A DNA stretch of 64,000 nucleotides from Gemmatimonadota bacterium. Its GTDB lineage: Bacteria > Gemmatimonadota > Gemmatimonadetes > Gemmatimonadales > GWC2-71-9. Of the stretch, positions 20,208-29,539 are shown one piece after another. A program made the position numbers and the translations under genes. Every line of letters begins with the position of its first letter. Position 1 is the stretch's first letter. The stretch is taken from NCBI GenBank assembly GCA_040388535.1, contig JAZKBR010000008.1:94524-158523 (forward strand). Reading direction: 5' to 3'. Under the pieces are notes generated by a model. That model did no database searches, was not told the DNA's origin, and saw only the letters and a list, made by a program, of their open reading frames with translations.

Positions 20208-20236
20208 TTGACGCCGCGCGCCATTTCCCATACAAT
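20208..20236 (+). promoter_or_regulatory. Sigma-70 promoter giving a probable leaderless padR transcript
   Basis: TTGACG-N17-TACAAT ends 6 nt before the ATG; the palindrome CATAC-N7-GTATG spans the -10 and start codon. Confidence 0.7.
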
Positions 20237-20242
20237 GTAGGT

Positions 20243-20557
20243 ATGGATCGTCTCGGATCGTTTGAAGAGCTGGTGCTCATCGTCGTCGGCCGGCAGGCCG
20301 GCGAGGGGTATGCCGTCACCATCCAGGACGCGCTGGAGTGCGAGTGCCACGAGGAGATCTCGCTCGGCGCGGTCTACGCCACGCTCGATCGACTCGAGCA
20401 GAAGAAGCTGCTGCGCTCCTCGGTCGGCGGTGCGACGTCCGAACGCGGCGGTCGCCGGAAGCGCTACTTCGAACTGACGGCGCCCGGCGCCGCGGCCCTG
20501 CGCCAGATGCAGGAGATCCGAGCCCGGCTCCACGCCGGCTCGGCGATTCGCGCATGA
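20243..20557 (+). CDS. PadR family transcriptional regulator
   Basis: LGSFEELVL...YAVTI...ISLGAVYATLDRLEQK...GGRRKRYFELT winged-helix pattern. Confidence 0.9.
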   Translation: MDRLGSFEELVLIVVGRQAGEGYAVTIQDALECECHEEISLGAVYATLDRLEQKKLLRSSVGGATSERGGRRKRYFELTAPGAAALRQMQEIRARLHAGSAIRA

Positions 20558-21030
20558 GGATCCGCCGGGAATCCGTGCTCCGATGGCTCATTGATCCCAG
20601 TTATCTCGAAGAGATTCTTGGCGACCTGACAGAGTCGCGCGGCACGCGGACCGGAGTCTCCCATCTCCGGGACGTCCTCAGTGTGTGCGTTCGTCAGTCG
20701 CGACTCCGGACAATCCCCCGATCGCTGGCGCTGCCGCTGGTCGCGGCCATTGCCGCACTATTCCTGCTGGCGAACCCGGCGCCGATCCGGACCGTGCTCG
20801 CGGCCGACGATGCCGGGCCGTTCTCCATTCGTTTCGCGGGCCGGGAAGTCGTCGGTGCCACCCTCGCGGGGAACAGGGTGCCGCCTGACAGGATCGTGCG
20901 TCACGGAGAGACGCTGATCCTTCGCGATGCCCGTGGCGGGGAGGCGCTGCGACTTCGCATCCTTGGTGCATCGAATTTCACTTGGCAGGGTCGCGCGGCC
21001 CCGCGTGACTCCTTGAGGCAACCGCTCTGA
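20554..21030 (+). CDS. Hypothetical single-pass membrane protein with N-terminal permease-prefix-like domain (158 aa)
   Basis: ATGA overlap with padR; LRWLIDPSYLEEILGDLTE...RDVLSV N-terminus; one TM segment (LALPLVAAIAALFLLA). Confidence 0.6.
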   Translation: MRIRRESVLRWLIDPSYLEEILGDLTESRGTRTGVSHLRDVLSVCVRQSRLRTIPRSLALPLVAAIAALFLLANPAPIRTVLAADDAGPFSIRFAGREVVGATLAGNRVPPDRIVRHGETLILRDARGGEALRLRILGASNFTWQGRAAPRDSLRQPL

Positions 21031-22409
21031 TGATCACTCCACTCCGCAGCGTCCTCCGTCTCCTCCCTGTGGCAGTCTCGGTTTCCGCGCTGGCGGCACA
21101 GGCGCCAGGAGACTCGACGCTGCTCGCCTGGCCCCGGGCGGTCGAACAAACCGTCCAGCTGCGGTTGCGCACCGATGCGGGGAAACTGTGGGGGGCTCGC
21201 CTTGATTCTGTTCCGCTCTTCCTCGTAGCCGACCAGCGCGCGCTCCTTTCGGCCGATCCCCGGAGCGAGGGTTTCACCACCGGCGCCGACGGGTGGTGGG
21301 CGGGCGCGCTCCCGACCGGACTCGTCGTGGCGAACACTGCCGTTGCCTGGGCGGGGCGCACCTGGGCGATGATGATGCTCCCCCTCGCTTCCGATGCGAT
21401 GGCCTCGAGCCGGCTGGTCATCCACGAGCGATGGCACGTGATTCAGCCGCGCATCCTGCCGTTGCCGGCATACAACCAGTTCGATCCCGGGGCAGAACTG
21501 CTGGATCAGCCTGATGGTCGAATCTGGCTCCGACTCGAGTGGGCCGCATTGGTCGCCGCGCTCGATGCGCGTCCGGGGAGCATGGCGGAACGCGCAGCGG
21601 TCAAGGCCGCGCTGACGTTCCGGGCCATGCGCTACAGCAGGGCCACCGCAGGAGAACGCCTCAGAGAGCGGCTCCTCGACCTCGGCGAAGGAATGGCCGA
21701 ATACACCGGTTGGAAACTCAGCGGAAACAGCGCGGCGGAACTGAGCCAGGTATTGCGCACGCGTGCGCCCGCGAGCCGTAGCTTTGGTCGGTCCTTTGCC
21801 TACTTCACCGGGCCGGGGTACGGCTACCTGCTCGACCGCCATGCCTCCGGGTGGCGAACGGCACTGCGGACGCGGCTGGATCTCCAGACGCTCCTCGCCG
21901 CGACGCTCGGTCGTGACGGAACGAATGTGGCCGACTGGTTGCAGGGAGCCGGCAACCAGGTCAAGCTCGCCGCAGCGTCCGAACAATTGGGAAGAGCGTA
22001 CGGGCTGGAGCAGATCCGCCGGGAGGAGAACGACCGCTGGGCTGAAATGTCACGCAAGATCGGCGAACTTCGCGAGCGCTTCCTGAAGGGCCCGACTCTC
22101 AGGATTCCGGTCGGTGGAATGGGATTCGCCTTCGATCCAACCAACTCAACTTCGCTGGGCGCTGACGGCACGGTGTACGGTTACGTCGAATGGAAGGGTG
22201 CCGATGGTGCTATCCTCAGCTCGGAAGGCGGGACCTTCGCCAATGCTGCGCGCAACGAACTTCGTGTTTCGGTCGACAGCGCGAAGTTCACGACAGGCGT
22301 ACTGCCCGAAACGACGCGATGGGCCGGCGCAGGCTGGTCGCTCACGCTGCCGGCGGGGTGGCGCGTGGAAGCGGCGGGGGCGTCGTGGTTACTGACGCCC
22401 CCGAAGTAG
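21030..22409 (+). CDS. Secreted hypothetical protein, putative gluzincin metallopeptidase
   Basis: Signal peptide; IHERWH (HExxH) and downstream GEGMAEY. Confidence 0.55.
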   Translation: MITPLRSVLRLLPVAVSVSALAAQAPGDSTLLAWPRAVEQTVQLRLRTDAGKLWGARLDSVPLFLVADQRALLSADPRSEGFTTGADGWWAGALPTGLVVANTAVAWAGRTWAMMMLPLASDAMASSRLVIHERWHVIQPRILPLPAYNQFDPGAELLDQPDGRIWLRLEWAALVAALDARPGSMAERAAVKAALTFRAMRYSRATAGERLRERLLDLGEGMAEYTGWKLSGNSAAELSQVLRTRAPASRSFGRSFAYFTGPGYGYLLDRHASGWRTALRTRLDLQTLLAATLGRDGTNVADWLQGAGNQVKLAAASEQLGRAYGLEQIRREENDRWAEMSRKIGELRERFLKGPTLRIPVGGMGFAFDPTNSTSLGADGTVYGYVEWKGADGAILSSEGGTFANAARNELRVSVDSAKFTTGVLPETTRWAGAGWSLTLPAGWRVEAAGASWLLTPPK

Positions 22410-23756
22410 TCAGCAGCGCGGCGCCTTCGCCAGTTTCGTCGCTGGCGCGAGCCCCGGCACCGGCAACTTCCGCAGCATCTGCGGCTCGAAGGCACCCTGC
22501 GGGGTGCCTTCTCCGTTGTAGTTGTTCCACGAGGTATTGGCCACATACAGCAGCGCACCGCTCAACACCACGCCGAGACTCGGCTCGGCTTCGCCACCGG
22601 GGCGATCGAGCACTCGCAGTGCCTCAACCGCAGTGCCATCATCGTTGAGTGAGAGCTCCACCACCCGCGTTGGTGTGACGCCGTTCTGAATGGCGATGAG
22701 TCGTCCGGTCCCGGCCCAGTACAATCCATCGAGCCCAAGCGTCACGAGGCGGGGGTCGGCGCGCACCGCTGTCACAGTGTTGCTGCCCAGGTCAATCCGA
22801 TAGAGGCCAGTGGTCCAGTCGGCGACCCAGGCGGTGCAGCCGGTGGGCGAGAAGGCGATCCCTTGCAGGTTGCGCCAATCACGATGCGTTGCTGCAATCG
22901 AGGTCATGCCACCCTCGAGCGTCGCGCGATAGATGTGCGGCTGACAGGAGTCGGACGCGTACGCAGCGCCGTTGGGCGCCAGGATCACATCGCCGAGGCA
23001 GTGCGGCTCGGTGGCCGGAAGCTTCCAGCGGCCGAGCATGATTCCGCTGTCGAGGTGATAGGCACGCAGCTCCGACTTGCCGCTGTCGGCGCCGGTGCCG
23101 CCCTCCTGCTCCTTCATCGCCGAGGTGGTGAGCCAGAGCACGCGCTGCGCCGCATCGGCCGCCATCCCGAAAACGGCGTACAGTTTGGGTTCAGCCATTC
23201 CGATGAAATCGCTGACGTTCCCCGTGGCATCGACGGCGACGACCTTGCGCAAACGGATGCTGGAGACAAAGCGGCGGCCAGTGCGCGGATCAAACGCAAC
23301 GCCCTCCGCGTGGTGGAACGACGGCGGCAGCGTTACCGATACGCTGCTTGCCGTGATCGGCGCCAGTGCCTCCAGCGCGCGACGAGACAGCGCCTGGAAT
23401 CGCGGCAACGCGGCCAGCGCACCCCAGCCGGAATCGGCAGGGGTCCAGTCGAATCCCATCTCGGTCACGATGTCGAGCGCATCGAGCGCTGCATCGGGGT
23501 GCCCCGTGGCTGCCGCGACGCGTGCGAGGTAGCGCACGTAGCTCCCCTGGCGTGGCCACGCAGCGGCCGTCGCGACCGCGCCCTGGAACGCTGCGGCGGT
23601 ATCACCGCGGCCAAAGGCCAAGCGGGAGTCGCGATAGAACTTGCGGGCAGCGTCGGCCGAATCAGCGCGCTGAGCGGACAGGTGTGCGGTGGCGCCGGAA
23701 GCGGCGACGAGGAGCAGGAGCGCGAACGCTCGACCGGCTCGAAGGAAGAGTGCCAT
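22410..23756 (-). CDS. Secreted beta-propeller protein (SMP-30/gluconolactonase-like) with N-terminal helical region
   Basis: Signal peptide; HAEGVAFDP, LGDVILAPNG, LQGIAFSP and GLDGLYW blade repeats; NGVTPTRV. Confidence 0.7.
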   Translation of the reverse strand: MALFLRAGRAFALLLLVAASGATAHLSAQRADSADAARKFYRDSRLAFGRGDTAAAFQGAVATAAAWPRQGSYVRYLARVAAATGHPDAALDALDIVTEMGFDWTPADSGWGALAALPRFQALSRRALEALAPITASSVSVTLPPSFHHAEGVAFDPRTGRRFVSSIRLRKVVAVDATGNVSDFIGMAEPKLYAVFGMAADAAQRVLWLTTSAMKEQEGGTGADSGKSELRAYHLDSGIMLGRWKLPATEPHCLGDVILAPNGAAYASDSCQPHIYRATLEGGMTSIAATHRDWRNLQGIAFSPTGCTAWVADWTTGLYRIDLGSNTVTAVRADPRLVTLGLDGLYWAGTGRLIAIQNGVTPTRVVELSLNDDGTAVEALRVLDRPGGEAEPSLGVVLSGALLYVANTSWNNYNGEGTPQGAFEPQMLRKLPVPGLAPATKLAKAPRC

Positions 23757-23817
23757 CCCCCGAAATTATCGCGGTGATGGCCAGAGGATGTCTGGCTCTT
23801 GTCAGAACCAGGGTGGT

Positions 23818-25362
23818 TCAGAAGCCCGGCGAAACCACCACGTCGAGTCCGAGCGCCTTCGCCAGCACGTCGCTCTTCCGGTCGGCTCCCCAGACCTCGA
23901 GGGAGATGTCGGCGTCCTGGAGCCGTGGGTAGGCGCGGACCAGCAACTGATCGTCTATCAGGGTGGTGGTCACCCGCTCGACGCTTGCCGTGTGACCACG
24001 ATCGAGCCCATCGGCGAGGCGCAGCAGGCCACTGACACGGCGAACGATCGCCTGATCGGCCTCGGAGAGCCGGGCGAACTCCTCGTGCTTCCGGCTTGGT
24101 CCGCTCTTCCGATGGTAGCGCGAGATCAGCGCGACGAGTGCCCGGTCGCGCGCTCCCAGGCCGATCCGCTCGGCGTGCGTGATCAGCTGGAACGAGTGTT
24201 TGTGATGCTTGCGGTACGAGACCAGCTGCCCGACATCGTGAAGCAGTGCCGCCGCTTCGAGCAGCCACCGCTCCTCGGGCGTGCAGCCGAGCTGCTCGGC
24301 GAGCTGATCGTAGAGCGCGAGGGCAAGGACCCGGACCTGCTCCACATGCCGACGGTCGCCACGGCAACGATCCACGAACTCGCGGATCATCTTGACCGGA
24401 TCGGCCGGCTTCGCAGGCTCGCTCGCGCCCACCATCTCGAGCAACAGCCCCTCGCGCAGGCCGTAGGCGCTGACGGTGAGTTCGGTCGCATCGACCATCG
24501 ACAGCAGTTCCGCGGTGACCGCGAGACCGGCGAGAATAATGTCGGCACGCTGCGGGTTGAGCCCCGGCACGGCGGCACGTTCGGCCACGCTCTTGGTGGC
24601 CAGCCACTCGAGCAGTGACTCCACCTCACCAGTGCTGACAGTGGTGCCGTGTACGGCTTCGCCCAGGTGACCACGGCGTGCCGCAACCATCCGCCCGAGG
24701 TTGGTGAACGAGCCACCGGAGCCGATCAGGCGCGCCTGCACCCAGTCACGCCAGGGCAGCGCCTTCTTGAGCGTGCTGCGCACCGATTTCCGGAGCGCAT
24801 TGACGGCCTTGCGGGAATCCTTCCGGCCATTGAGCTGCGCTTCGGTGAGTCGCACGGCACCGAGCGGCAGCGACGTCGTGACCTCCACCAGCCCGTCGAC
24901 CGCGCCGACAAGTTCGAGCGAGCCACCGCCGATATCGGCCACCAGCGTCCGCTCATCGTCGAGGCGGAAGTGATGTGCCACCGACCGCCACGAGAGCTGT
25001 GCCTCGCGGTCTTCACCGATGATCTCGAGCGGAATTGCGAGCTCGCGACGAATGCGCTCGGCGAATTCGAGCCCATTGCTCGCCTCACGCATCGCCGACG
25101 TGGCCACGGCCGCGAGCCGAGTGACCCCGCGCCGCTCGGCCACTCCCTTCATCCGTCGCAACGCCTCGAAGGCCCGCTCCATCGCCAGCGGGTCGAGCGT
25201 GCCCGTCGCTGCAAGGCCGGTGGCCAGCCGCGGCATATCCTTCACTTCATCGATCACTTGCAGGCCGCCCTCGGGGTCGTACTCTGCCACCAGCAGGCGG
25301 ATCGAGTTGGACCCGACGTCGATGGCGCCGAGGCGCTCGCGGCCGAGTGCGGGGTTGCTCAC
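23818..25362 (-). CDS. ppx: Ppx/GppA exopolyphosphatase with HD domain
   Basis: IDVGSNSIRL, ATSAMR, DIGGGSLE, IGSGG, GLREG, LLHDVG. Confidence 0.92.
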   Translation of the reverse strand: MSNPALGRERLGAIDVGSNSIRLLVAEYDPEGGLQVIDEVKDMPRLATGLAATGTLDPLAMERAFEALRRMKGVAERRGVTRLAAVATSAMREASNGLEFAERIRRELAIPLEIIGEDREAQLSWRSVAHHFRLDDERTLVADIGGGSLELVGAVDGLVEVTTSLPLGAVRLTEAQLNGRKDSRKAVNALRKSVRSTLKKALPWRDWVQARLIGSGGSFTNLGRMVAARRGHLGEAVHGTTVSTGEVESLLEWLATKSVAERAAVPGLNPQRADIILAGLAVTAELLSMVDATELTVSAYGLREGLLLEMVGASEPAKPADPVKMIREFVDRCRGDRRHVEQVRVLALALYDQLAEQLGCTPEERWLLEAAALLHDVGQLVSYRKHHKHSFQLITHAERIGLGARDRALVALISRYHRKSGPSRKHEEFARLSEADQAIVRRVSGLLRLADGLDRGHTASVERVTTTLIDDQLLVRAYPRLQDADISLEVWGADRKSDVLAKALGLDVVVSPGF

Positions 25363-26048
25363 GCGGCCGGTTCGCCCCGGTCCTCGGCGTGGTGCTTGAT
25401 CGACTTTCCTTCGACCAGGAAGACCACGTCTTCGCCGATGTTGGTGGCGAGGTCGGCCACGCGCTCGAGATTGCGCGACACGAGGAAGAGTTCCATCCCG
25501 GCGCCGATCATATGCGGATCTTCCATCATGTGTGTGAGGAGGATCCGGAAGACCGAGCCGTGCAGGGCATCGACCTTGTCGTCCCGCCGGCAGACTTCTC
25601 GCCCGGCGGCGGCGTCGCCGCGAATGAAGGCCTCGAGCGCATCGGAGAGCATCGCGCGGGCAAGGCGCGCCATTTCGATGATCTCGGGCTCCGGGGCGAT
25701 CGGCCGGCTCTGCGCCAGCCGTTCGGCCGACTGGGCGATGTTCACGGCGTGGTCACCGACGCGCTCGAGATCGTTCGCGATCTTGAGCGCCGAGGTGAGC
25801 ATCCGGAGATCGCGCGCCATCGGCTGCTGCAGGGCGAGCAGGTTGATCGACTGTTCCTCGATCTCGACTTCCATCGCGTCGATGACCCGGTCGCCAGCGA
25901 TGACCTGGCGCGCCTTGGCGATGTCGCGCTCGAGCAGTGCTTCGACGGCGAGGCCCAACGCGGCCTCGGCCTCGCCCGACATCGTCAGCAGGCGCACTTT
26001 GACGTGGCTCAGCTGCTCGTGAAAATGGCGATGGGTTTCCCCGCTCAT
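25359..26048 (-). CDS. phoU: Phosphate signalling protein PhoU
   Basis: [26 protein letters not shown] and [13 protein letters not shown] repeats. Confidence 0.95.
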   Translation of the reverse strand: MSGETHRHFHEQLSHVKVRLLTMSGEAEAALGLAVEALLERDIAKARQVIAGDRVIDAMEVEIEEQSINLLALQQPMARDLRMLTSALKIANDLERVGDHAVNIAQSAERLAQSRPIAPEPEIIEMARLARAMLSDALEAFIRGDAAAGREVCRRDDKVDALHGSVFRILLTHMMEDPHMIGAGMELFLVSRNLERVADLATNIGEDVVFLVEGKSIKHHAEDRGEPAA

Positions 26049-26884
26049 CCGAACCTCCCTGTCAGGTACGCTTCCGTACGCTCGTGCTTCGGCGCCGTGA
26101 AGATCTGCTTGGTTGGCCCCATCTCCACCAGCTTGCCGGCATCGAAGAAACCGGTGAGCTCCGAGACGCGGGCCGCCTGCTGCATGTTATGCGTGACGAT
26201 CACGATCGTGTAGTCACGTTTCAATTCGAAGATCAATTCCTCGACCTTTGCTGTGGCGCCGGGATCGAGCGCGGAGCAGGGCTCGTCCATCAGAAGCACC
26301 GATGGCCGGTTGCCGAGGGCCCTGGCGATGCAGAGCCGCTGCTGCTGCCCACCCGAGAGGCCGGTGGCGGGGGTGTCGAGGCGATCCTTCACTTCATCCC
26401 AGAGTGCGGCGCGACGCAGGCACTCTTCCACCACATCCGGAATCTCGCTCCGTGGCACCAGGGCGTTGAGCTGCGGGCCGTAGGCAACGTTCTGGTAGAT
26501 CGTCTTCGGGAACGGATTGGGGCGCTGGAACACCATCCCGACCCGCTGCCGGTGGGCCACGAGGTCGAGCCTGGGATCGTAGACCGACCGCCCTTCCACC
26601 AGCATGTCGCCGGTGACGTGTACGTCGGCGATCAGGTCGTTCATCCGGTTGATCGACCGGAGGAAGGTCGACTTGCCGCACCCCGAAGGGCCGATCACTG
26701 CGGTGACCGCCTGCTTCGGGATCGTGAACGTCAGGTCGTGCAGGACCTGACGTGCGCCGTACCAGAAAGAGAATGAACGGACATCGACGCACGCATCGGC
26801 ATCGATTGCCGGGCCGGCGGCTGCCGTGCCACTGCGAGGGGCGCGTACCGGCACCGCGACGCCATCGTCGAGGACTGGGGTCAT
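26045..26884 (-). CDS. pstB: Phosphate ABC transporter ATP-binding protein (second copy)
   Basis: [55 protein letters not shown]. Confidence 0.95.
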   Translation of the reverse strand: MTPVLDDGVAVPVRAPRSGTAAAGPAIDADACVDVRSFSFWYGARQVLHDLTFTIPKQAVTAVIGPSGCGKSTFLRSINRMNDLIADVHVTGDMLVEGRSVYDPRLDLVAHRQRVGMVFQRPNPFPKTIYQNVAYGPQLNALVPRSEIPDVVEECLRRAALWDEVKDRLDTPATGLSGGQQQRLCIARALGNRPSVLLMDEPCSALDPGATAKVEELIFELKRDYTIVIVTHNMQQAARVSELTGFFDAGKLVEMGPTKQIFTAPKHERTEAYLTGRFG

Positions 26885-27648
26885 CCGAACCGTCCCGTGA
26901 TGTAGGCCTCGGTCTGCTCGTTGGTTGGCGCGGTGAAGATCTGCTTGCTCGCACCGTGCTCGATCATCGTGCCCAGATAGAAGAAGGTGGTGGTGTCGGA
27001 GACCCGCGCCGCCTGCTGCATGTTGTGGGTCACGATGATGATCGTGAAATCACGTTTGAGCTCGATCACCAGTTCTTCGATACGCTGAGTGCCCTGCGGA
27101 TCGAGCGATGCCGTCGGCTCGTCGAGCAGGATCACTTCCGGCTCGGGCGCGATGGTGCGCGCCACGCAGAGCCGCTGCTGCTGCCCGCCGGAGAGCCCGA
27201 TGGCACTGGTCCGGAGGCGATCCTTGACCTCCTCCCAGAGCGCGGCGCGGCGGAGCGATCGCTCGACGATGGCATCGAGTTCGCTGCGCGGCCGCTTGCC
27301 GTCGATCACCAGGCCGGCTGCGACGTTGTCGTAAATCGACATCATCGGAAAGGGGGTTGGCTTCTGGAAAACCATTCCCACCCGACGACGAAGCTGAATC
27401 GGGTTGACCCCCGGTGCATAGACGTCATTGCCATCGAGCAGCACGCGCCCCGCGATCCAGCCGCCCTCGGAGATCTCGTGCATCCGGTTGAGGGTGCGCA
27501 GGAAGGTCGACTTGCCGCAGCCCGACGGACCGATGAGGGCATGCACCTTGTTGGGGGCGAAGTCGACCGAGACCCCCTTCACGGCGGTGAACTTGCCGTA
27601 CATCGCGCTCAGCTTGTCGGTCTGCACCCGCGGCACGAGGTCAGCCAC
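26881..27648 (-). CDS. pstB: Phosphate ABC transporter ATP-binding protein (first copy)
   Basis: [52 protein letters not shown]. Confidence 0.95.
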   Translation of the reverse strand: MADLVPRVQTDKLSAMYGKFTAVKGVSVDFAPNKVHALIGPSGCGKSTFLRTLNRMHEISEGGWIAGRVLLDGNDVYAPGVNPIQLRRRVGMVFQKPTPFPMMSIYDNVAAGLVIDGKRPRSELDAIVERSLRRAALWEEVKDRLRTSAIGLSGGQQQRLCVARTIAPEPEVILLDEPTASLDPQGTQRIEELVIELKRDFTIIIVTHNMQQAARVSDTTTFFYLGTMIEHGASKQIFTAPTNEQTEAYITGRFG

Positions 27649-28486
27649 CGGACGAGAAACGTTGGCGAGTGGCGAACCGGGCTGCCATGGAGAGCACGAA
27701 GACCACGAGGATCAGCACCAGCGCCGTGGCCCAGGCGAACTGATGCCACTCCTCATACGGACCCGACGCGTAGGTGAAGACCACCAGGGGCAGCGCGGCC
27801 ATCGGCTGATTCGGGTTGAACGAGAGGTACTGACTCCCCAGCGCCGTGAAGAGCAACGGCGCGGTTTCGCCCGCTGCCCGGGCCACCGACAGCAGCGCAC
27901 CGGTGACGATCCCGGGCAACGCGGTGCGCAGCACGATGGTGAGTGAAGTACGCCAGCGCGAATAGCCCAGCGCGAGCGCGGCTTCCCGCAGTGAGCCAGG
28001 CACCAGCTTGATCAGCTCTTCGGTGGTGCGCGTGACCATCGGGACCATCAGAATGGCGAGCGCCACACTTCCTGCGAGTCCGGAGAAGTGTTTCTGCGTC
28101 GCGACGATGAAAGTCCAGGCGAAGACGCCGACCACGATCGAGGGCGTGCCGTTCATCACGTCCGACACGAAGCGGGTGACCCAGGCCAGCTTGCTCCCCG
28201 GGTATTCCGCGCAGTAGAGCCCGGCCGCAATGCCGACCGGAACACCGATGGCCGAGGCGATGCCCACGATGATGAGCGTGCCGACAATCGCGTGCAGCAC
28301 CCCGCCGCCCGTTTCGCCTGCAGGCACCGGCGTGTTGGTGAAGAAGGCGACCGAGAGTGATGACGCGCCCTTGACAATCAGCGAGCCGAGGATGAAGAGC
28401 AGCGGCAGAATGGCGATGATCACGGCGATCATCATCAAGCCGACCATCAGGTGGCTCTTGCCTCGGCGCCAGGTGCGCGGGTTCAC
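27641..28486 (-). CDS. pstA: Phosphate ABC transporter permease PstA
   Basis: [39 protein letters not shown]. Confidence 0.95.
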   Translation of the reverse strand: MNPRTWRRGKSHLMVGLMMIAVIIAILPLLFILGSLIVKGASSLSVAFFTNTPVPAGETGGGVLHAIVGTLIIVGIASAIGVPVGIAAGLYCAEYPGSKLAWVTRFVSDVMNGTPSIVVGVFAWTFIVATQKHFSGLAGSVALAILMVPMVTRTTEELIKLVPGSLREAALALGYSRWRTSLTIVLRTALPGIVTGALLSVARAAGETAPLLFTALGSQYLSFNPNQPMAALPLVVFTYASGPYEEWHQFAWATALVLILVVFVLSMAARFATRQRFSSGG

Positions 28487-29475
28487 AGCGCCTTGCTCCC
28501 GATTGCCGCCCCGCGCGCAACTCGCCAGATGAGCAGGCGGGCCGCAGCATTCACCAGCACCGTGACCAGGAAGAGCAACAGGGCCACATAGGTGAGCGAC
28601 GAGATGTGCATCTCGGTCGCGGCCTCGGAGAACTCGTTGGCGATCACGGCGGCCATCGAGTAGCCAGGGGCAAAGAGCGATGCGCTGATATCGTGGCGAT
28701 TGCCGATCAGCATCGTGACAGCCATCGTCTCGCCGAGCGCGCGGCCGAGGCCGAGGATGATGGCGCCGATGATGCCCGACCGCGCGTACGGCACGATCGC
28801 GGTGCGTACCGCTTCCCAGCGAGTCGCCCCGAGCGCTAGTGCGGCCTCACGCTGGCTGTTGGGCACCGCCAGCAGCACCGACCGCGACACCGACATGATG
28901 AAGGGCATGATCATGATGGTGAGGATCAGGCTCGCCGCGAGCACCGACGGGCCGTAGATGGCACCCTTGAAGATCGGCAGGAAACCGAACATGCCGCGCA
29001 GGGCCGGGAAGACGCTCGCCTTGAGCACCGGGATCAGCACGAACACGCCCCAGAGACCGTAGACCACGCTCGGAATCGCCGCGAGCAGCTCGATCACCGT
29101 GGCGACCGGCTTGCGAATCGCCTGCGGGGCAAATTCCGTGAGGTAGATCGCTACCCCGAGCGAGAGCGGCACCGCGAGGAGCAGGGCGATGAACGAGGTG
29201 AGCAGAGTACCGAAGATCAGCGGGAAGGCGCCGAACTCGCCGGCGACCGGATCCCAGGTGCTGTTGGTGAGGAAGCTGAACCCGAATTTCGACACTGCGA
29301 GCCCGGAACCGCGGGCGAGTTCCAGGAAGAGCGCGACCAGCAGCGCAGGAACAATCAGTGCGGCGAGGGTCAACAACCACTTGAAGAGCTGATCTCCTCG
29401 CGACGTCCCTGCCAGCGCGGAATCGGTGCTGGCGGGAGCGGGGGTCGGAGCGGTCGGTTTGGCTGGTCCAGTCAT
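28483..29475 (-). CDS. pstC: Phosphate ABC transporter permease PstC (start at 29475, possibly 29517)
   Basis: [46 protein letters not shown]. Confidence 0.95.
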   Translation of the reverse strand: MTGPAKPTAPTPAPASTDSALAGTSRGDQLFKWLLTLAALIVPALLVALFLELARGSGLAVSKFGFSFLTNSTWDPVAGEFGAFPLIFGTLLTSFIALLLAVPLSLGVAIYLTEFAPQAIRKPVATVIELLAAIPSVVYGLWGVFVLIPVLKASVFPALRGMFGFLPIFKGAIYGPSVLAASLILTIMIMPFIMSVSRSVLLAVPNSQREAALALGATRWEAVRTAIVPYARSGIIGAIILGLGRALGETMAVTMLIGNRHDISASLFAPGYSMAAVIANEFSEAATEMHISSLTYVALLLFLVTVLVNAAARLLIWRVARGAAIGSKAL

Positions 29476-29511
29476 CGTGGGTAGGAGGCTACTCTCCCTC
29501 CTACCCCAATC

Positions 29512-29539
29512 GGTCACGGCTTTGTAACGAACGTGTCAC
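29512..29539. promoter_or_regulatory. Candidate PHO box upstream of pstC
   Basis: GTCAC (29513), GTAAC (29524) and GTCAC (29535) at 11-bp period; the 18-mer GGTCACGGCTTTGTAACG matches the one at 34197 at 16 of 18 positions. Confidence 0.7.
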
